DNA of 51,167 nucleotides from Clostridia bacterium (GTDB lineage Bacteria; Bacillota; Clostridia; UBA1381): NCBI GenBank assembly GCA_900770405.1, contig CAAGKL010000099.1, positions 1 to 51,167 of the forward strand, read 5' to 3'. Shown piece by piece: positions 18,162 to 24,288 of this stretch (position 1 is its first letter; each line of letters starts with the position of its first letter). The notes under the pieces were generated by a model. It saw only the letters and a program-made list of their open reading frames with translations, ran no database searches and was not told where the DNA came from. The position numbers and the translations under genes were made by a program.

Positions 18162-18167
18162 AAGCTT

Positions 18168-18196
18168 ATAATAACATATAAAAGCGGATTTGTCAA
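18168..18196 (-). promoter_or_regulatory. sigma-A type promoter of sRNA copy A
   Basis: Minus strand: TTGACA, 17-nt spacer, TATTAT. The predicted start at the G of GAAGGGG is about 7 nt downstream. Confidence 0.6.
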
Positions 18197-18221
18197 CACA
18201 AATATAAGGTGTTGGCTTTTT
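18194..18221 (+). terminator. candidate intrinsic terminator of the small-ORF transcript
   Basis: CAACACaaatataagGTGTTG followed by GCTTTTTGCTTTG. It overlaps the sRNA -35. Confidence 0.4.
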
Positions 18222-18258
18222 GCTTTGAAAAAATACCTATAAAAGGAGCAGATAAATT

Positions 18259-19392
18259 GTGAAAAAGAAGATAATATGCGCGGCGCTGGCGCTTTCGGCG
18301 GCATTTAGCGCGGCGGGCGGCGCGCAGTTTGACTGGGCGAAAACCGCGGTGGATTTCTGCACAAAGCGCGGGATTTTAAGCGGTATGGAAAACGGCGATT
18401 TAAACCTTGCCGGCACGCTCACGCGTGAGCAGATGGCAAAGCTTTTGTGCGATGCTTTCGGGCTTGATGTGAGCTTCCGGCGCGAGCCGACCTTCAATGA
18501 CATCGACGAAATGCGCTGGAGCTACGGCTACATAGGCGCGGTCAGCGACTATCTTTTCGCGGGCGAAAAACGTGACAGCATCAACCCGTCCGAGGAGGTC
18601 ACGCGCGAGGAATTCTGCGCGACGCTGGCGATGGCGTTCGGGCTGACAAATGCGAGCCTGCGAAATCCGACTCTTATAGACGCGAACTTTTCCGACGCGG
18701 CAAAGGTGTCGAAAAGCTATAAGCGGCTTGTCGGCGCGGCGGTGGAGCGCGGGCTGATGTCGGGCGCGGACGGGGCGCTAAACCCCGGCGGCAAGCTGAA
18801 CCGCGCCGAGGCGTGCTCGTTTTTATACCGCGCCGTCTCGGTCAAGGAGGGCAAGCTCACGATAACGCCGTCCGACCTGGGCGTAATCCAGTCCTCGACG
18901 CCGATGCTCGGCGCGCCGGAGGCAACGCTTGAGGGCGCAAAGGCGTGGGCGGCGAAAAACGGTGCGACGGACAGCTTTGTCGAGGCGGCAGAGCTTTACT
19001 GGAAATACGGCGAAATCACCGGCATACGCCCCGACATACTCTACGCCCAGGCGGCGAAGGAGACCGGCTACGGCAAGTACGGCGGCGCGGTTCTGCCGGA
19101 GCAGAACAACTTTGCCGGCATCAAAAAATACGGCGCGACGGGCGATGCGACCGAGGATCACGAGGATTTCGCCACACAGGATGACGGCGTGCGCGGGCAC
19201 TTCAACCATATGAGCGCGTATGTCGGGATTGCGCCGGTGGGCGAGGTGCACGGCAGATACAACAGCGTCAGCAAAATGAGCTGGGCGGGCAGCGTCAAGA
19301 CGCTCGAGCAGCTCGGCGGCAAGTGGTGTCCCGACCTCTACTACGGCTTCTCGATTTTGCACAATTACTTAGAACCGATGATGAAATACTGA
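18259..19392 (+). CDS. secreted SLH-domain cell-wall hydrolase (N-acetylglucosaminidase domain)
   Basis: Signal peptide MKKKIICAALALSAAFSAAGG. Three SLH-like repeats (e.g. GKLNRAEACSFLYRAV). The C-terminal glucosaminidase/FlgJ-type region contains LYAQAAKETGYGKYGG...NNFAGIK. Confidence 0.8.
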   Translation: MKKKIICAALALSAAFSAAGGAQFDWAKTAVDFCTKRGILSGMENGDLNLAGTLTREQMAKLLCDAFGLDVSFRREPTFNDIDEMRWSYGYIGAVSDYLFAGEKRDSINPSEEVTREEFCATLAMAFGLTNASLRNPTLIDANFSDAAKVSKSYKRLVGAAVERGLMSGADGALNPGGKLNRAEACSFLYRAVSVKEGKLTITPSDLGVIQSSTPMLGAPEATLEGAKAWAAKNGATDSFVEAAELYWKYGEITGIRPDILYAQAAKETGYGKYGGAVLPEQNNFAGIKKYGATGDATEDHEDFATQDDGVRGHFNHMSAYVGIAPVGEVHGRYNSVSKMSWAGSVKTLEQLGGKWCPDLYYGFSILHNYLEPMMKY

Positions 19393-19408
19393 TAAATGGG
19401 GACGAAAA

Positions 19409-21304
19409 ATGCTTCTTAGTGTAAATTCTTTAAAAAAGAGCTTCGGCACGGAGCTTTTGTTCGATGATGTCAGCTTTTCGGTTGACGACGGCGACAAAAT
19501 CGGCTTTGTCGGCGCGAACGGCGCGGGCAAATCCACGCTTTTAAAGCTGCTGCTCGGCGAGAGCCGTGCCGACTCGGGCGAGGTTTTCAAAAATAAATTC
19601 ACGAAAATCGGTTATCTTGACCAGTACGCCTGCGGCGAAAGCGGCAACGACGTATTCGGCGAGCTTTTGGAGGCGTTCGGCGAGCAGCGCAGAATCGAGG
19701 AGGAGCTCGACGAGCTGCAAATCGACCTCGACGGCGCGAAAAAGGGCGACAGCGCACTCATCGATCGGCACGCGCGCCTGTCCGACCGCTATGCCAAAAT
19801 CGGCGGCTTTACCTACAAAAGCCGCATAAAATCTACGCTTGCGGGGCTGGGCTTTTCCGAGGAGGAGTGCAGAAAAAAGGTGAGCGACCTCTCCGGCGGG
19901 CAGAAAACGCGCGTTTCGCTGGCGAAAATCCTGCTTTCCGACTGCAACCTGCTCTTTCTCGACGAGCCGACCAATCACCTCGACATCGACTCGACCGCCT
20001 GGCTCGAGGATTTTATCCGCTCGTCGCGCGCGGCGTTTCTGATTGTGTCGCACGACCGGTATTTTCTCGACCGCGTCACAAACCGAACCTTTTCGCTCGA
20101 GAACGGCAGGTTTTATTCGATGAACCTGCCCTATTCGCAGTTCCACGCCCAGCGTGAGCTTGAGCGGCTGACCGAGCGGCGCAGTTATGACAACACGATG
20201 CGCGAGATTGAGCGGCTCGAGGGGGTAATCGAGCAGCAGCGCAGGTGGAACAGGGAGAAGAATATCAAGACCGCCGAGAGCAAGCAGAAGGTGGTCGACC
20301 GCCTGCGGGAGGGGCTTTCCGACCCCGACGCCGAGCAGAAGTCGGCACAGTTCACCTTCGGCGGCAATGCACCGACCGGCGGCGATGACGTGCTTTCGGT
20401 GGACGGCGCGGCGAAGAGCTTTGACGGGCGCAGGATTTTCAAAAATGCGTCGCTGCATATACGCCGCGGCGAGCGGATATTTTTGCTCGGGGCGAACGGC
20501 TGCGGCAAGACGACCCTGCTTAAAATCGCGCTCGGACTGATCGAGCCCGACGCGGGCAGCATACGGCTCGGCGCGAATATCGCCGTCGGCTACTATGACC
20601 AGATCGGCGAATTTCTGTCGCCGGAAAAGACAGTCATAGATGAGGTGTGGGACGAATTCCCGACGCTGACCGAGACGAAAATCCGCAATGCGCTGGCGGC
20701 GTTTCTGTTCCGCGGCGAGGAGGTTCTGCGGCAGATCCGCGTCCTTTCGGGCGGGGAGCGTGCGCGCGTGGAGCTGACAAAGCTCGCGCTTCGCAGCGTC
20801 AATTTCCTGATTCTCGACGAGCCGACCAACCACCTTGACATCGCCTCGCGCGAGGCGCTCGAGGAGGCGCTCGCGGGCTTTCCGGGCACGATTTTGTCGG
20901 TCAGCCACGACCGCTATTTCGTAAACCGCCTGGCAACCCGCGTCTGCTATATGACCGAGGGCGGCATAGAGAACTTCGACGGGAATTACGACTTTTTCGC
21001 GGAAAAATTCCGCGGTGCGCGTGCCGAAGCGCAAAAGACGGAGAAAAGCGCCGGTGCGGAGGATTGGCGCGAGCAGAAGGCGGCGCTGGCGCAAAAGCGC
21101 AAGGCGGAGAATGACAGCCGCCGCGCCGAGGCGGAAATCGCGCGCATCGAGGCGGAAATTGCCGATAAAAACGCGCTTTTGGCGGACAGTGCGGTCGCGA
21201 CAGACTATCTGCGCGCGGCGCAGATAACCGATGAAATCACGGAGCTTACCGCCGCGCTTGACGCGCAGTATGCGCTTTGGGAAAGTGCGCAGGAAAAAAT
21301 TTAA
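19409..21304 (+). CDS. ABC-F family ATP-binding cassette protein (translation factor type)
   Basis: Two cassettes: Walker A GANGAGKST and GANGCGKTT; signatures LSGGQ and LSGGE. No TM domain. Charged coiled-coil C-terminal extension. Confidence 0.9.
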   Translation: MLLSVNSLKKSFGTELLFDDVSFSVDDGDKIGFVGANGAGKSTLLKLLLGESRADSGEVFKNKFTKIGYLDQYACGESGNDVFGELLEAFGEQRRIEEELDELQIDLDGAKKGDSALIDRHARLSDRYAKIGGFTYKSRIKSTLAGLGFSEEECRKKVSDLSGGQKTRVSLAKILLSDCNLLFLDEPTNHLDIDSTAWLEDFIRSSRAAFLIVSHDRYFLDRVTNRTFSLENGRFYSMNLPYSQFHAQRELERLTERRSYDNTMREIERLEGVIEQQRRWNREKNIKTAESKQKVVDRLREGLSDPDAEQKSAQFTFGGNAPTGGDDVLSVDGAAKSFDGRRIFKNASLHIRRGERIFLLGANGCGKTTLLKIALGLIEPDAGSIRLGANIAVGYYDQIGEFLSPEKTVIDEVWDEFPTLTETKIRNALAAFLFRGEEVLRQIRVLSGGERARVELTKLALRSVNFLILDEPTNHLDIASREALEEALAGFPGTILSVSHDRYFVNRLATRVCYMTEGGIENFDGNYDFFAEKFRGARAEAQKTEKSAGAEDWREQKAALAQKRKAENDSRRAEAEIARIEAEIADKNALLADSAVATDYLRAAQITDEITELTAALDAQYALWESAQEKI

Positions 21305-21313
21305 TTTTGGGTA

Positions 21314-21342
21314 TTGACAAAATAGTCTTACAGGTGTAAGAT
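21314..21342 (+). promoter_or_regulatory. sigma-A type promoter upstream of the lipoprotein gene
   Basis: TTGACA, 17-nt spacer, TAAGAT. Confidence 0.5.
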
Positions 21343-21393
21343 ATAGACGTAGCAAAAAATAATTTTGCGCCGCGGGCGCGGAAAGGGACGGCT

Positions 21394-22623
21394 ATGAAAA
21401 AAATTATTGCATCTGCACTTTGTGCGCTGCTGTTGTGCTCATGCTCACAGAATATCGGCATAATCGGCGGCGCGGACGGCCCGACGAGCATTTTCACTTC
21501 GGACGGCACGGAGAAAAAGCTCTATGAGAGCAAAACCGCCTTTGTCGGTGACAATTCGGCGGTCGGGGCGCTTTTGGGGAATATTTCGCAGTTTGTCGGG
21601 AGGGACGGCTTTGAGCTTTACACCGATGCTGCGCCCTACGGCGTCGGAGTTTATACATATAATACGGCGGTCAGCGACAGCCAGACCGACAGCTTCCGCC
21701 GCGGGGCGGCGATTCTGATGTGTCTGGTGGAAAACTGCGACTATGTGCGGCTTGTGAACCGCACGAGCGGGACGGTTTTCTGCGAGAGCACGCGCGCCGA
21801 CTGGGACAGGGAGCTTGGGACGAGCCTTGCGGAGTATTCGTCGAGCTACGAGAAATTCTGCGAGCTGTTCCGCAGACTCAGTGTCAGCGGCTATGACGAT
21901 TCGGTCGAGCGCGACGATAGGATAAGCAGGATAATTCTCGAGCAGAACCGCGGCAGATACCTGGAGGGCGAGTGCGTCGGCGAGGGGCACGTGCTGCTCG
22001 GGACGGAGCAGGTCGACTCGACCGATATTTACTACCTTGTCACCACCTACGGCGAGTACGGTTTTGAAAACGGCAGATTTGTCAAGGTCGCGGGCACGGG
22101 CGCGATTCCGACGCGGATTACGATTGACCGCGCGAATAACGCGGTGGAATATCGCCAGCCGCTGGATGGCGGGCTTTATATGTCGAGCCTGGAGGAGATT
22201 TTCCCGAAGGAGTATATCGAGGCTGCGACCGATAAAAACGGCGAGCTTTACGCGCGCTGCGAGGTTGATGAGCAGCAGTATGCTTATGAGTATCTCGCGA
22301 AAATCAATCGCCGCGACGCGGGGATAGGCTATGACAACGGCAGGGACTACCTGCTGGACGATATGAATACCGATGCGTCGAATAAGCTTCTTGATCTTTA
22401 TTATGAGTATCCGTATTGGATCGGCACGCTCGAGAAAATCGAGGACGGCGTGCGGTATGTGTATAAGAAGAGCTGGACGGGCGAGGGCGGCGGCGACGGC
22501 GTTGTGACATATGAAAAGTACCGTTTCGACAATAATCAGATCGCAGAGCGCGCGGTGATTAAGGTCACCGGCGGCGAGCTTGAGTGCCTTGAGGGGACGC
22601 TGCGCACCAACGGCGCGAAATAA
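21394..22623 (+). CDS. lipoprotein, N-terminal DUF4825-like region
   Basis: Signal peptide with lipobox (ALLLCSC). KTAFVGDNSAVGALLGNI resembles the DUF4825 N-terminal motif; this assignment is from memory. 409 aa. Confidence 0.7.
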   Translation: MKKIIASALCALLLCSCSQNIGIIGGADGPTSIFTSDGTEKKLYESKTAFVGDNSAVGALLGNISQFVGRDGFELYTDAAPYGVGVYTYNTAVSDSQTDSFRRGAAILMCLVENCDYVRLVNRTSGTVFCESTRADWDRELGTSLAEYSSSYEKFCELFRRLSVSGYDDSVERDDRISRIILEQNRGRYLEGECVGEGHVLLGTEQVDSTDIYYLVTTYGEYGFENGRFVKVAGTGAIPTRITIDRANNAVEYRQPLDGGLYMSSLEEIFPKEYIEAATDKNGELYARCEVDEQQYAYEYLAKINRRDAGIGYDNGRDYLLDDMNTDASNKLLDLYYEYPYWIGTLEKIEDGVRYVYKKSWTGEGGGDGVVTYEKYRFDNNQIAERAVIKVTGGELECLEGTLRTNGAK

Positions 22624-22665
22624 AAAAGGAGCTGCGGATAAAATGCAGCGCCGTAAATTTTGTTG

Positions 22666-22694
22666 ATGACAATTGTGGTTTGTTGTGTTATTAT
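22666..22694 (+). promoter_or_regulatory. promoter of sRNA copy B
   Basis: ATGACA, 17-nt spacer, TATTAT. GAAGGGG begins 7 nt downstream. Confidence 0.5.
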
Positions 22695-22700
22695 TTTTTT

Positions 22701-22793
22701 GAAGGGGTAATTGGGACGCGTGGACGTTCCGCGATTACAAGCTGTTTTAGTCGCTCATTTTGCAGAATGGGCGACTATTTTTTTTTTTTTTTT
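22701..22793 (+). ncRNA. approx. 90-nt sRNA (copy B), paralog of the antisense sRNA at 18080-18161
   Basis: GAAGGGGTAATTGGGACGCGTGGACGTTCCGC...TAGTCGCTCAT-loop-ATGGGCGACTA followed by T16. It has the same 5' end, the same GGGACG/CGTTCC hairpin and the same terminator as copy A, with one compensatory pair change (A-T to G-C). Confidence 0.5.
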
Positions 22794-22806
22794 ATCGTCA
22801 ACGCTT

Positions 22807-22969
22807 GACAAATCAAAGATTTGGAGCGTTTTGATATGGGTGCTGCTCAATGAGGCTTCAAAGCTCTGATTTGATTAGCCGAATTAGTAATCGGCTTTGC
22901 CGATTGTTTCCTTAATTCCTCCAATTTGGACGAGCACCGCAACCGAGCGTCAAAATCTTTGATTTTGTC
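22807..22969. repeat. long imperfect inverted repeat (MITE-like or long RNA hairpin)
   Basis: GACAAATCAAAGATTTG (22807-22823) pairs with CAAAATCTTTGATTTTGTC (22951-22969). Further pairing links GGTGCTGCTC and GAGCACCGC. An internal hairpin AGCCGA/TCGGCT is present. Confidence 0.4.
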
Positions 22970-23062
22970 CCGCGAACTGATGCAAGCTGCCTTTGCAGCT
23001 TGTAAACCTTAGTTTGTAAAACACACGCCGCAATCAGCGAAAGCTGATTGCATTTGCACGAC

Positions 23063-23095
23063 AAAAGACGGTGTAAATTTACACCGTCTTTTTTT
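23063..23095 (+). terminator. strong intrinsic terminator (plus orientation; weaker on minus)
   Basis: AAAAGACGGTGTAaattTACACCGTCTTTTTTT: 9-bp GC-containing stem plus A:T extension, followed by T7. Confidence 0.7.
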
Positions 23096-23303
23096 GGTGC
23101 CACCGGGGCGGGGTATTCGTCGTCATCGTCGCAGCGTTCGCATTGCTCCCAGAACGGGCATCTGTCGCAGAAAAAGTCAATCAGGCGTCCGTCCTCGTCG
23201 TAGTGTATGCCGTTGGGGGGCAATTATCGCCGAAATTCCCCGGCACAAGGTTCCAAAGCTTCGGCGAAAACTCCAAAAATTTCACGGTAATCTTTTCGTC
23301 CAT
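23096..23303 (-). pseudogene. small Cys-rich protein gene, apparently frame-disrupted at a C6 run
   Basis: ATG at 23303 lies after GGGGAG and gives MDEKITVKFLEFSPKLWNLVPGNFGDNCPP. The -1 frame continues PPNGIHYDEDGRLIDFFCDRCPFWEQCERCDDDDEY. The junction is the homopolymer at 23215-23220. Neither frame ends cleanly before the terminator hairpin. Confidence 0.3.
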
Positions 23304-23463
23304 AAAAAACTCCCCTTTTTTAATAAATTTCGCGCAAACAAAAAACGCGCAGCCGGAGCTACGCGCGAAAAACGTGTAACTCCTATTGCTGCGACACAAT
23401 TTGAATTTTCAAGCACTACTCATATGATAGATATTAAAAAATCGGGCACACATTTTTGCCGAA

Positions 23464-24261
23464 TTAAGCCTGCCCTGCCGGGCGGCGCAGCACGCGCACG
23501 AGCCCGACAACACCGACGATTATGCCGCAGGCTGCAACAACCTGCGATATTCCGAGCCTGCCGTCGATGAGGTAGAGTATATACTCACTCCGGCGCATAC
23601 CCTCGAGCATAAGCCTGCCGGTGCTGTACCACGCGATATAGAAGAAGAAAATCACGCCGTCGGGGTGATTTTTTCTGCCGAGAAAATGCGTCAGCGCAAA
23701 CCCGAGCGCATTCCACAGGCTCTCGTACAGGAACAGCGGGTGCACGCACTCGCCGCCGTTTATCGACATTCCCCAGGGGAGCGAGGTCGCGCCGCCGTAA
23801 ACCTCGGCATTGACGAAATTGCCCCATCTGCCGATTGCCTGCCCAATTAACAGCCCGGGCGAGCAAATGTCGAACACCCTCAGCGTCGGCAGCGATTTTT
23901 TGCGGCAGTAGACGAACGCTGTTGCCACCGCGCCGATGATACCGCCGTAAATCGCGAGCCCGCCCTCCCAGACTTTGAAAACGTTCAAAATGCTGCCGCG
24001 CACCGAGTCAAAGTCGAAAATCACGTAATACAGCCGCGCGCCGACCAGCCCGAAAATCAGCCCGTAGAGCGCGATGTCCAAAATGGCGTCCGAGCTCACG
24101 CCGCGGCGCGGGGCGCGCTTTGCGCAGTACGCGACGGCGAGGATATACCCCGTCAGAATTATCAGCGCGTACCAGAAAATTTCCTTGCCGAACACGGTGA
24201 ACGCGACGCGGTTTATGTCAAACGACAGCCCGAGCCGCGGGAAGGATATACTGTTAATCAT
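23464..24261 (-). CDS. lgt: prolipoprotein diacylglyceryl transferase
   Basis: WYALIILTG, GGLAIYGGIIG and GRWGNFVNAEVYG motifs. ATG at 24261 chosen; TTG at 24270 is an alternative. Confidence 0.9.
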   Translation of the reverse strand: MINSISFPRLGLSFDINRVAFTVFGKEIFWYALIILTGYILAVAYCAKRAPRRGVSSDAILDIALYGLIFGLVGARLYYVIFDFDSVRGSILNVFKVWEGGLAIYGGIIGAVATAFVYCRKKSLPTLRVFDICSPGLLIGQAIGRWGNFVNAEVYGGATSLPWGMSINGGECVHPLFLYESLWNALGFALTHFLGRKNHPDGVIFFFYIAWYSTGRLMLEGMRRSEYILYLIDGRLGISQVVAACGIIVGVVGLVRVLRRPAGQA

Positions 24262-24288
24262 TTTCCTCAATGCCTTTCCGATTGAATT

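Noticed and set aside
19409-21304. ABC-F as an antibiotic-resistance (ARE) determinant
   Set aside because: ARE and housekeeping ABC-F proteins cannot be separated by eye. The long C-terminal coiled coil and the chromosomal context fit a housekeeping Uup/YdiF-type factor. Phylogenetic placement would be needed.
19541-21355. 604-aa ORF antisense to the ABC-F gene
   Set aside because: Arg/Ala/Leu-rich low-complexity translation, no motifs, and fully overlapped by a well-supported ABC-F gene. It is a GC-rich antisense shadow ORF.
22912-23095. C-terminal 60 codons of the 103-aa ORF 22912..23223
   Set aside because: This part reads straight through a strong terminator hairpin and three further hairpins. 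It most likely reflects noncoding structured sequence that is open by chance.
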